The notes under the pieces: generated by a model
Seen by the model: only the letters and a program-made list of their open reading frames with translations
Databases searched by the model: none
What the model was told of the DNA's origin: nothing
From: Cercozoa sp. M6MM
Taxonomy: Eukaryota; Protista; Endomyxa: Ascetosporea
Strand: one strand, 5' to 3'
NCBI GenBank assembly: GCA_040357565.1
Contig: JBDODJ010000041.1
Length of the DNA stretch: 64,000 bases
Made by a program: the position numbers and the translations under genes
Part shown: positions 26,908-38,047 of the stretch, one piece after another
Layout of the letters: each line of letters begins with the position of its first letter
Numbering within the stretch: position 1 is the first letter of the stretch

Positions 26908-27594
26908 TTAGGCGCCGTAGGGCTCGACTCGAGTTTTTATTTTTTGTACTTGTTCCCGGCGTTCCGGGAAAATACAACAAACACTTTTTGTCAGGTTCAG
27001 CAAGAAGCCAAACTCGACGGTCGAGCTGCTGTCAGCAGGAAAGTCGAGGACATGCGTCTCTCCCGAGATCAACGCGGCGCCTTGGCATGAGCTTAGCGGC
27101 ACCTGCGAAGAGTCAAGTCGAACTTGATCACCACGAAAACCAGATCGAGAAACACAGATAAAACAAACCGGAACACTCGGCGGCTGCGGCGAGCCTGTAC
27201 ACTCGGCAAAGTCGGCACGCAGTTGGAACGCGATGGGCGATTTGGAGTCGAGACTAAAGTACAGCTGCACGAAAGTAGGTATGTATTTCGATCGGGTATC
27301 GATATCTATTGTGAGGTTTACGTAGGCCCGGTAAAACTCTGTGCTAAACCTATCCTCAGGCGGCAAAATCCGCGACTCCAGCAGCGTTAAGGCAGCATTC
27401 AAGGGCGCAGCCGCAACTTGTCCGAAAAAAGCAACAACAAAATGCAAGACGATCAATAAAACACAGGCCGCGTTGATGCTCATTGGCAGCGCCACCGAGA
27501 GGGCTTCCGCGCACTCTAACACGCGCAGTTCTCGCGGCCGTGGCAATGGGCCGGTGCGGCACAGTGATCGCAGTGGCCAAGAAAGCAAGAGCAC
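26908..27594 (-). CDS. Hypothetical ORF; strand assignment uncertain
   Basis: 228-codon open frame containing intron-like pyrimidine stretches; plus-strand intron-like signals are also present. Confidence 0.25.
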   Translation of the reverse strand: MLLLSWPLRSLCRTGPLPRPRELRVLECAEALSVALPMSINAACVLLIVLHFVVAFFGQVAAAPLNAALTLLESRILPPEDRFSTEFYRAYVNLTIDIDTRSKYIPTFVQLYFSLDSKSPIAFQLRADFAECTGSPQPPSVPVCFICVSRSGFRGDQVRLDSSQVPLSSCQGAALISGETHVLDFPADSSSTVEFGFLLNLTKSVCCIFPERREQVQKIKTRVEPYGA

Positions 27595-27936
27595 GATTTA
27601 CGTTTCAACTTTTCCGATCAGTTGGCCACTTATTGGCAGTTGTTCGTGTAAGTTGAGTCCTCAGAGGAAGCATGTGCTGTAGTCCCTCGGCATCATCGCG
27701 AACAACCGAACTGCCAGCAATAGATGATGCCCATCACTGATGCCTCGATGATGCGGTTCTCGTGTCCGAGAGAGGGCACTCGAACCCAAGCACCACGCCC
27801 GGCCACCTCAGGCCAGTACAAATAACAAAACGCTCGCTTTCGTTTAGTTGTTTAAATCACTCAAGTGGCGTTCCTTTCGGTTCGAGTTGTATTCGATTGC
27901 GAGGGACCAACCGAACAGGAAACTCAAACTGTCCGG

Positions 27937-30900
27937 TCACTCATCGGTGGCCTGTCGCAGCACGAGCAGCGTGGCGGCCGGCACGTTGCTTTCGTCGTCT
28001 TCAAAAGGCGGTACTGTCGGTGTGCCTGTGTGTGCATAGACCATACAGGTAGAAGTACGTAGCTGGGTAGGTAGGTAGGTAGGTAGGTAGGTAGGTAGGT
28101 AGGTAGGTAGGTNNNNNNNNNNGTAGGTAGGTAGGTAGGTAGGTAGGTAGGTAGGTAGGTAGGTAGGTAAGTAGGTAGGTAGGTAGGTAGGTAGGTAGGT
28201 AGGTAGGTAGGTAGTGAGGTAGGTAGGTAGGTAGGTAGGTACCCAGCAAGGTACTGTCATGGAAGGGTGGTATCTCAGGCAGCCACGGAGTGTGCGTGTG
28301 TGCATGCGCAGAGGCATGCGAGTGACTCACGTGCGAGTGACTGGGCGGGAATAGCATGCCCATGGGCGGCACCACCATCGACGCTGCCGACGACGCCGAT
28401 ACGAGTCGCGGCGACACCATCGGCGACTCCAGCAGCGGCGCGATCATGTCATTCACGCGCTCCTCCAGTCCGCGCGGAGACGCCTCGCTCCCGAACAGCG
28501 ACGTCGCCGACGGCACCATCGGTTCGAACCGCGGCACCTGCGGGGTACGGGTAGGGAGAAAACGGTGGGTCGGGGGGGGGGGAAAAGGGGGGGGGTAAAA
28601 TGAGGGGCCTACCGGCATGTAAACACGGTCGAAGCGGCCACGTGAAAGACCGTTTTCGCCCTGCTCGAACTGCCGTTGTTGCTTCTCCTGTTGTTGTTTC
28701 TCTTGTTGTGTTTCGCTTTCTTGTTGTTCTTGTTGTTTTTCTTGTTGTTTCTCTTGTTGCTGCTGCTGCAGCAGGTGCTTCCGCGCGGCTGCCGGCGACG
28801 GCACGTGCCAGAAACGGCAGTCAGGTCGTCGGCACTGACTGCCGTAGCGACACACACGCAGCAGCGGACTCTCGCTCTTGTCCTCATGGCTACAGACACA
28901 ACTGTACCCAGTCCACTGGTACAGATGGACCCCAACGTGGAACCCAACGTAGACCCCAACGTGGACCACAGAGAGAGAGAGTGGTGGTACAGCGATGGGT
29001 CCGCTCGCTGAGGTGCCTGGATGCCGCTCGGCAGGTCGCTCGGGTGCAGGAAGGGACACGACGCGCCCTTGCGACACCGCGGGAAGAAACTGCACCTGTA
29101 TCACACACACACACATGGACTGTCTACACGGACCGTACACACGGACACACGGGTCCATTTGGTCCGTCCATCTGGTCGGTCCATTTTGATCCGTCCATTT
29201 GATCGGTCCATTTGATTGGTCCACTCGGACCAAAACAAAACAAAAAAACATACGCAGCCGCAAACGTCAGCGCCGGTCGCTGCGTGAGACTCTCCTGCTC
29301 GGCGTAGTCTGCCCTCTGTACCAGGGGGGGGGGGGGGCCACCGGGGGTAAAGATGATAAGGGGCAAAGGCTACCTGGTCGAGCGTGTCGTCGACAGTGTC
29401 CACCGCACTCGCAGTGTCGTTGTAGACTAGACACACCAGAGGGAAGATGGATGGGGGAAGATGGAGGAAGATGGGGTTAACATGGGAGATATGAGGGTAA
29501 GGGTAAGGGGGTAAAGGGGTGGGGGGGGGGTAAAACTACGCAGACTGCCGTCGCTCACGAGCGCGACGTCGGCGATGGTCAGCTCGTGCTCCTCGTCGCT
29601 CTCGGTCTCTGCGCCGACGCCGACGCTGCCCGTCTCGGCCGTCTCACTGCCGCCGTCTCGCGAGTCATCCCTGCCAGTAGGGAGGGTAAGGGGCAGGGTA
29701 AAGGGCAGGGTATAACGTAGGGTATAGAGGGCGGTAAATAGGGGTATAGAGGGCGGTAATGGGGGGGTAAAGAGGGGGTAAAACTACAGACGTCGCGAGC
29801 GCAGCTGCTGCACAAACGCCGTCAGATCGCTTTTGTTCTCACGACTGCGCGGTGCCTGTTTCCACATACGCGCGGACATACGCGCGGACAGACCGACACT
29901 CACACAAACACAGTTCCGCGCGGACACACAAGACAGACGTACGCGTTTCTTGCGCTGATTGGCGCTGCCCGAGAGGATCCAGTCGTCGTCGTCCTCGCGC
30001 GGCCGCTGCGTCCGCGCGGACGTCGGCGTTTCTCGCGCCACCGGCGTTTCTCCTTCTTCCGCTTGTTGTTGTTCCGCTTGTGGTTGTTGTTCCGTTTGTT
30101 GTTTTTGCTGCTGCTGTTGTTGTTGTTGTTTTTGCAGTTGTTGTTTCCGCGCGTGTTGCTGCCGCAGCTTCGCCAACGCCTCGCGCTGCCTCTGACGCAG
30201 GGGGGGGGGGTAAACAGGGGGGTAAAACTACCAGCATATCCTCGTTGCGACGACGCCGTTCGTTTTCAATCTCTCGTTGTTTTTGCTGTAGATTTTTTAT
30301 TTTGTATTTTCGCTCAACAGAAAATTACAACAACACGAAAAAAACAACACGAAAAAAACAACAACAATAACACGAAAAAACAACAAGAAAAAAACAACAA
30401 CAAGCAGCACCTTTTCTTCGGCCTTGCGGCGCTTGTCACGTGCCAGTTTGTCCAGTCGCAGGCGACGCTTCTGCTCCCTGCGCACGCGTCGCCGAAAAAC
30501 AACAATAAAAACCAACAACAACAAAACAACAACAACAACAAAACAACTACTACAAAACAACAACAATAAAACAACTACTACAAAACAACAACAATAAAAC
30601 AACAACAAAAAACAACAACAACAAACCGCAGCTGCTGCTGTCGTTGTTGTTGTTCCTCCTTGCGTCGCTGGCGCAGCTGCTCGAGCGCCTGGTCCGCCTT
30701 GGCGCCGCCCGACACGAGCACCGGCGCCGCGCCTGCTTTGCCCGGGGGGGGGGTAAGAGGGGGTAAGGAGGGGGGAAAAAGGGGGGGGGTAAAACTGGGA
30801 GGGGGGTAAAACTACCATGATGATGCCGACCCGACGCAGTGCGTTTGCGCGCGCCAAAGTGCGGCGCCTCGTGCTTGTCATCACTGTCACCGTCAGTGAC

Positions 30901-33900
30901 ACCGTGAGTGACACCGTCAGTGACACCGTGAGTGACACCGTCAGCAGTGACACCGTCAGCAGTGACACCGTCAGGCTTGTCGGTATCATCGGCATCACTC
31001 CTGTCGCTCTGCGCGTCCTTGTGGTCGTCGGTGTCGCAGGCGTGCTGCTCCAGCGTGGCACGCAGCTGCCGCAGTCGCTGCCGCACAAAGTCGGCCGTGG
31101 TGCGCACCTTCCGCGCGGACGTCTCGCTCGTCGCGGCGGCCGTCGTGGCGTCGGCCAGCCGCTCGCGGCGCTCCAGCAGCGCCGCCACCAGCTCAAAGTC
31201 CGCGATCGCGTGCGCCACTTGCTCCTGTGGCTCCCGCCAAAATACAAACACACAAACAGACATCGCCCACTCTGGCTGGTGTAGCCACCCACTCTGTAGC
31301 CACCGCACCCTTATTGTAGCCAGCATAAAGTACTACCTGCTGCACGAGGTACTCGGCGCGTTTGAACAGGTCGCTGCACTGGTCCACCAGCAGGTTGCGC
31401 TGTCGCACGGCACCCTCCGTGTCACCGTCAGTGGCCACGTGACCCTCAGTGGCCACGTGACCCTCAGTGGTGGCACCGTAGCGTGCCAGTGCGCACGCGC
31501 GCAGTGCTATCGCCACCGACACCTATGGACATACTTATACATATATATATATACTTATACATATATGTATATATATATACTATGATATATTCATATTCGA
31601 ACTAGCTGTACATTATGCACATAGAAGAATACAGAATATATCATTGTACAACAACCTGTCTTTGTATACACACGAGACCAAGACCAAGGAAGGAAAGAAC
31701 AAGCCACCTCGAACGCAACTTCGACATCGTCGTGCTGCGCGAAAAACACGCGACGCGACAGCGCCTGCTTTTCCGTACAAACAGGGGGTAAACAGGGGGG
31801 TAAACAGGGGGGTAAACAGGGGGGTAAACGGGGGTAAACACTCACTACCGAGGCCAAGGCGGCGTCAATGTCGGCCGTGCCGAAACAAGAGCGCCACAGC
31901 TTCCGCGCGCGCCACAGTCGCGCCTGTGTAGCCACATACACACAGGTACACCTCGGTCCAAATGGACCCATGTACAAACAAACCCATGTACAAATGGAAC
32001 CATGTGCAAATGGACCAATGTACAAATCGACTCGGGACAAGCCTACCTGCCAGAACGGCGCCAGTAACAGCGTCGGATGTCGCATCGAAAACAACTGCGG
32101 CAGCGGCAGCAGCAGTGCCTGCCAATGGGAGGTTAAGGGGCAAACAGGGGGGTANNNNNNNNNNNNNNNNNNNNNNNNNNNNNNNNNNNNNNNNNNNNNN
32201 NNNNNNNNNNNNNNNNNNNNNNNNNNNNNNNNNNNNNNNNNNNNNNNNNNNNNNCAGGGGGGTAAACAGGGGGGGCAACAGTGAGCAAACGGGGCGGGGG
32301 TAAACAGGGGGTAAACAGGGGGTAAGCAGGGGGTAAACAGGGGGTAAAAGCACAAGACACCTCGCAGAAAACGTCGCGTGGCAGAGCGTGCTGCTGCGGA
32401 ATCTCAAAGTCCTCGTCCGTCTCTGTATATGGCGGGGGGGGTAAACAGGGGGTAAACAGGGAGTAAACAGGGGGGTAAACAGGGGGTAAGCAGGGGGTAA
32501 ACAGGGGGTAAACAGGGGGGGGGGAAGGGGATAAAGGTACCCTCAACATCGACGCAGAGGTCGAACGTCGGATTGTCGCTCTCGAGGATGCGCACAATGA
32601 GACGCTTCAGGATGCGCGAGGCGCGTTCCAGGTCGCGCGCGTGCACTGCGTCCGATACCTAGCGGAGGGGTAAAATGGGGGGGTAAAATGGGGGAGGGGT
32701 AAAATGGGGGAGAGGTAAAATGGGGAAGGTGTAAAATGGGGAAGGTGTAAAATGGGGGGGGGTAAAATGGGGGGTAAAATGGAAGGTAAAATGGAAGGTA
32801 AATGGAAAGGTAAAATGGGGGGGGGGTAACATGGGGTAACATGGGGTAACATGGGGGTAAAAGGGTGGGCAAAAGGGGGGTAAAAGGGTGGGCAAAAGGG
32901 AGGGGGTAAAGCGAGCTAAAGCAGCACACCAGTCGCTCCAGATGCACGATGCCGTCGGTCCAGTCGCGCGCCTGCTGCCGACTCCGAGTCAGTGCTGTCG
33001 GTACAAATGGAGTACAAAATACACTGTACAAAATGGACGGTCCCAAATGGATGGTCCACAAATGGACGATACAGGTGGCTACAGAACGGACAAGGTTGTC
33101 TACCTAGCTGCGACTCGCGCTTCTTGAATCGCTCTAGTTCGGACTTGGCGCTGTTTAGTCGGGGATGGGGGTAAACAGGGGGGTAAATAGGGGGGTAAAC
33201 AGGGGGGTAATAGGGGGTAAACAGGGAGTAAACAGGTGGGGGGAAACAGGGACTGAACAGGGGGTAAAACGCACTCTTCGCGTATCTGCGCCTGTTTCTC
33301 CAATCGCTCACTGCAACAACACAAAAAAAATATGCCGTCCATATGGACCGTCCCACTTTCTTAAGGGGGTGTCTACGCGCGCTTCGACTCGGTCTCGGCG
33401 GTCGCGTGCGGCGGCAGCGTCGGCGGCGACAACAGCGACGTCGGCGACTCTGTTCCGCCTGTGCAGATACAGGAGGTTAACGGGGGGTAAAATGGGGGGT
33501 AAAATGGGGTAAAATGGGGGTAAAATGGGGGGTAAAATGAGGGGTAAAACGGGCGCAGGGCCGGTCGCACCAAACACAGCGGCGAGAAAGACGGCGCAAA
33601 CCGCCGCTTCGAGAACGCGCAGTTCCACGACACGCGACGTCGTGTTGGAGCCTTTAAAAAACATGTACAACAATAGTCAGTCCATGTGTGCACTTGTCCA
33701 TGTGTACAGGTCCATGTGTACGGGTCCATGTACAGGTCCATGTGTACAGGTCATGTGTACAGGTCCATGTGTACACAGCGGGTGGTCCAGGTGTACCAAG
33801 CAGACGCAGCGCGTGTCGCAGCAGCAGCAAGCACAGCGTCAGCGCGAAGCACAGCAGCACTGCGCGCAACGCTCCGTCGTGCGGCCACTGCGCCGGCCAG

Positions 33901-35818
33901 CGACGCCACCACACGCGCCGCCGCTCGCTCCGCAGTGCCTCCAGATACTCCCTGCCGGCACACACACGTACATACATGTCCGGTCTATATGTTCGGTCCA
34001 TATGTTCGGTCCATATGTCCAGTCCATATGTCTGGTCCATGTGTTCGGTCCATATGTCCAGTCCATATGTCTGGTCCATCTGTACCGATGTCGCAGACGG
34101 AGTCGCCGCCGGTGCGACAGTGCGTCTTCGCTCTCGGTCGCCAGGACGTACGGCACTGCCGCTGCGGGGAGGGGAAGGGGGATAAACAGGGGGGTAAACA
34201 GGGGGGTAAACAGGGGGGGGTAAACAGGGGGGGGGTAAACAGGGGGGGTAAACAGGGGGGGGGTAAACAGGGGGGGTAAACAGGGGGGGTAAACGGGGGG
34301 TAAACGGGGTGGTAGAAACGCACCGGCACGGGAGCGCATGTGTCGGCGCAGCAGCGTCATGACAGGCGAGTGCCAGAGACACTCCGTGTCGCCGTCGCCA
34401 GCAGCAGCAGCATCCTCGGGGTCGGCGTCCTGCTCGTCGTGCGTCTACACCACAGGCAGTCATACGTTAGCAGGCATATGTTAGCAGGTATATGTTAGCA
34501 GGTATATGTTAGCAGGTATATGTTAGCAGTCATGCTAGCAGCATGCTTCAGCGCGGAAGCACACGGGAACAAGAGAGAGTATGGGGGTAGAACAAGAAGA
34601 GTGTGGTGGCACCAGACTCAGGAGCGAGAGTTCATCGGCCTCGAGGTCGCTCTCGGTGCGATCGCCGGAGGCGTCGGCGCTGGCGTCGGCAGCGGCGGTG
34701 CTTTCGTCGCTGGCGCTGCTGCTGGAGGCCGCGTCCGGCAGCAATTCGGCCAGGGCCAGGCGGTCCCAGTCGGCCTGACTCAAACCGGCCTCGGGCTCGT
34801 CTGAGTTGGTACAACCATACATACACATGCACATGCACACACACATACATACATACGCCGATGCATACACACATGCACACATGCACATGCACACACGCGT
34901 ACATGCAACTCAGTATACTACTATACCACTGTCAGTGTCGAGAGCCGGACCACGCCACTGCGGCGCCAGAGTCGGCGACACCAGTCGACGCTTCAGCTGA
35001 CGCATCTGCCGGCACAAGCGCCGACTGTGCGCGCGCTGTTGCTTTGTCTACCCAGGAGGATATCGAGGTATATCGGGACAAAGGGATACATGTAGGGATA
35101 CAGTGTACCTGTTTGTCGCGATGCACGCACATTACAGCACAGGCCCAACGCGCCGCCTCGAACGGCGTGTCGCCCATGGCATTGCGTGTGAAGGCATCGG
35201 CACCTAGTCCGGACAGAGTAGACTGAGCAAAGGGAGAGGGGAAGGGAACTGCAAAACACACCACGCCGCAGCAGCAGTCGCGCGCAGTTGCTTTGACAGA
35301 AAATCGCCGCGAAGTGCAGCGCCGTGCAGCCCTAACACCAGGCACACATAAATAGACACACAGACATATACACACATACATATACATATATACTACAAAC
35401 ACACAGACACACAAGCTACCTCTGCAATGGCAGGACACAGCGACATCCAGTCGGCCAGCAAGTGCGCAGACGCACCTACGGAAACGGGTCGTCAGTCCAG
35501 ACAATACCTCTACTGCACCTAGTGTGTACCAGTATGTGAATGCGCAATGTCGGTGTCGTGATCGCGCAGCAGGCGCAGCAGCACGTCCATGTGTCCAACA
35601 GCACACGCGCCTGCCAGCAACGTTTGCGTGGCCTGCAAACTCGCATTTAAACTCGGTATTTCTCCTCGACAGAACCAAAGATACCTGACGCGGCGTGAGG
35701 GTCACTCCAACCTATACACATGCATGCACGATGCACAAACGACTGGCATGGGCAGAGCTACCTCGCGCAGCACGCGCTGGCTGAGCACGCGCAGACGCAG
35801 CGTTTCGCTCGTCACCAT
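27937..35818 (-). CDS. Large multi-exon protein: N-terminal ankyrin repeats, about 2 hydrophobic segments, coiled-coil/Q-rich regions and a C-terminal CCCH zinc finger; could be 2 genes
   Basis: Ankyrin motifs GCTALHFAAIFCQSNCARLLL and LGADAFTRNAMGDTPFEAA; zinc finger VCRYGSQCRRPDCRFWH. Checked exon junctions stay in phase across repeat-filled GT-AG introns (e.g. ESKRA|ERLEKQAQIRE|DAKSELERF). Continuity at 31523-31706 is inferred. Confidence 0.55.
28066..28241 (+). repeat. (GTAG)n tetranucleotide microsatellite; reads (CTAC)n in the intron sense
   Basis: Directly visible; contains a 10-N gap. Confidence 0.95.
30325..30625 (+). repeat. Degenerate (CAA)n/(AAC)n tracts filling two introns; (GTT)n in the sense direction
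   Basis: Directly visible on either side of the exon encoding EQKRRLRLDKLARDKRRKAEEK. Confidence 0.85.
31779..34315 (+). repeat. Cluster of intronic GGGGG(G)TAAACA / GGGGGTAAAAT tandem arrays (about 31779-31838, 32143-32350, 32434-32540, 32667-32910, 33167-33270, 33482-33550, 34169-34315)
   Basis: Directly visible 10-13 bp units confined to predicted introns; a 100-N gap lies at 32154-32253. Confidence 0.9.
34465..34530 (+). repeat. 14-bp intronic tandem repeat (GTTAGCAGGTATAT)n, about 4 copies
   Basis: Directly visible. Confidence 0.85.
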
Positions 35819-36149
35819 CGTCCGCACGAGCAGCAAGGGCGCAGCAGCGTCAGTGCACGAAAAACGCCCCCGATTTCAATCTTCTTCGCGCAACCCAAAA
35901 ATCGAAGGACGGCGTGCAACAAGCCGCGCTGCAGCACACTCGAACGGCCGTTAAATCGGCCACTATACCAATCGCCAGTGCGATTCAACCTGCCAATCCG
36001 CGAGCTTCGCTGGTCGCTCGGAGCCCTTCTCTTGTCCAAACCGGCGGTCCTTTTTGGACACCTTGTCACCGGTGGTTTCTTTTTTAAGTAATTCCAGTTT
36101 TTGAGTCCAGTTGGCAGCTAAACTGCCAGAAGAGATCTCTGTGGCTCAG

Positions 36150-37425
36150 ATGGCTGTACGGGGACTCGGAGATGTTCTATTTGATCGTCGCCAAATTGAC
36201 GGAGATGCACAGCTTGTGACGGTTGACGGATCAGTTCGAGCACATCTTGGTACCCACAATGCTGTGTCATGTGCACCGTTGCTCTCACCGTGTTTGTTTC
36301 TAGTTGTTCTATCCGCCAACTCCGACTACGTGCAAACTGCGATCAATTTTCCGCAGCATCAGCAGCAGCAGTGCCGGTTGACTGTCCCAGCCTCGACGCG
36401 TGTGACCACCCTCTGCTTGCAGTGTATGTACGACAAGACAGTCGAGGAGACCGACTTATCGAAACTAGCGCAGGTGCTGCAGCTGTGCGACTTCTTGCTG
36501 GCACACCGCGCGCGCCGCTCGCTGCTGTCACACATCACTTTCGTCGCACGCAAGCACTACCGGTATCATGAGGTTTCAGTCGCTGCCAACTGAAGAAAGT
36601 GAGTTGTGTCCGCGCGGACAGAAGAAGCCGGATCACTGACGAAAGTGAGCAAGCTGATCAGGAGCAAAAGCACCTCCAGATGGCACATCTGCTCAACGCT
36701 CTGTGCGACCTTCCCGAGATCTCGGGTCCAGGTACAATTTATTTTAAACGTGTCTTTGGCTTACCTCCTCAGTTCGGACTGAGGAGGTACTTCTTATTTT
36801 GACGAGTCAGCTAATTCTCTGGGTATTTCGCTGACCTTCAGTTCGCGAAGACGACGTGGATGCCGCAGTGATACGTGCACGTGCGAAAGAGTTCTTGCTG
36901 TTCGCAAACGGTGCTACCGACGCGAGTCTCGCGTAAACTCAATCTTTGAGGCATCTGTTCTGCCTGTGTCGAACTTTAGCTGTTTTGGTGACTTCCCCAG
37001 TGAACTCAACGAAAACGCAATCAAACATCTGTTCCGACCATACCGCGATCCAGAAAATCGTTTTGTACCTTGAAACATACTAAGCATATAGTTATGCGCA
37101 CGCCAACTGATGCATTCGATAGCGAGTGTTGCTGCTGCTAACGCGTCGCAGTGCAGTGTTGCAGTATTCCGAAGACGAGTGGGCCGAGCGACTGAGAGAA
37201 CTACTTGAGATGCCTTCACTCGACGAGGTCGACGCTGTGGCCTCCACTGCGTGCGAGCACCTCATGCGGCAGTTGCAGTCAGCGTTGAGTACCTTTTCGG
37301 ACAGACAGTTGCGCACAGAGTCGGCTGCGAACCGAAAGAGGTTCCCGTCTGTGCTGTGCGACATTTGCTTGGCGACCCGGCACAATCTGAATCGCTATCG
37401 GTTTACTAGTGCCTTCCTGGGCTGA
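36150..37425 (+). CDS. BTB/POZ-domain protein
   Basis: DAQLVTVDGSVRAHL|VVLSANSDYVQTA..CLQCMYDKTV...VLQLCDFLL fits the BTB pattern D..L....AH..VL.A.S.Y...Y...L...D. Confidence 0.6.
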
Positions 37426-37720
37426 CGGAATTGTGAGAATCGTCCGGTATCGACCACTTTACGGGCATCAGTCCAGTGTACTGTACGTTCGTACCGCACT
37501 GAATTGCAACGCAAACGCAACCGAATTCACTCAGTTAAAAACTGGCTGAAACAGAATAACCCGTTCGCGCACTGCCGTCAGTTTAGTTAATAGTTATAGG
37601 CTCGTACTGACGATGCAGCTTCGTCGGTTCAATAGCGCTGCTAGACGTCTGCCAGTTGTCGCTCAGTGTGACGCACGTGCATCCTAGCATGTGCAGCATG
37701 CCCGTGACTAGCCTGTTTTG

Positions 37721-37932
37721 TTAGTTAGCAAGCACCAGTGGACGGATAGTACCCTGTACAGCTTGTGTACAGAGGGAAAACAAAGAGTACACAACGCCGC
37801 CAGTTCCGACATGTCCCAGGAGCAGTTCAAAGGACGCTGCCGCCACACAGCGGCCAAGACCGAAAGCCAGCGCCGCTCGCATAAGCGACGTCGCCGCTCG
37901 GTTGGGCTGTCACACAGGTGCATGCAACAGCG

Positions 37933-37982
<50 letters not shown>

Positions 37983-37992
37983 NNNNNNNNNN

Positions 37993-38047
<55 letters not shown>

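Noticed and set aside
27770-27820. tRNA gene (GGTTCGA T-loop motif on the minus strand)
   Set aside because: The T-stem does not pair correctly and no acceptor or anticodon stems can be formed.
31779-34315. Telomeric repeats or a chromosome end
   Set aside because: The G-strand unit is GGGGGTAAA(CA), not TTAGGG/TTTAGGG-like, is irregular, and is confined to introns in mid-contig.
32143-34315. CRISPR-like repeat-spacer pattern
   Set aside because: The apparent spacers are in-phase exons, the repeats are low-complexity, there are no cas genes, and the DNA is eukaryotic.
36030-36075. ACCGG as a shared promoter motif (also about 4861, 50638 and 54284)
   Set aside because: It is a 5-mer in GC-balanced DNA and cannot be distinguished from chance without counts.
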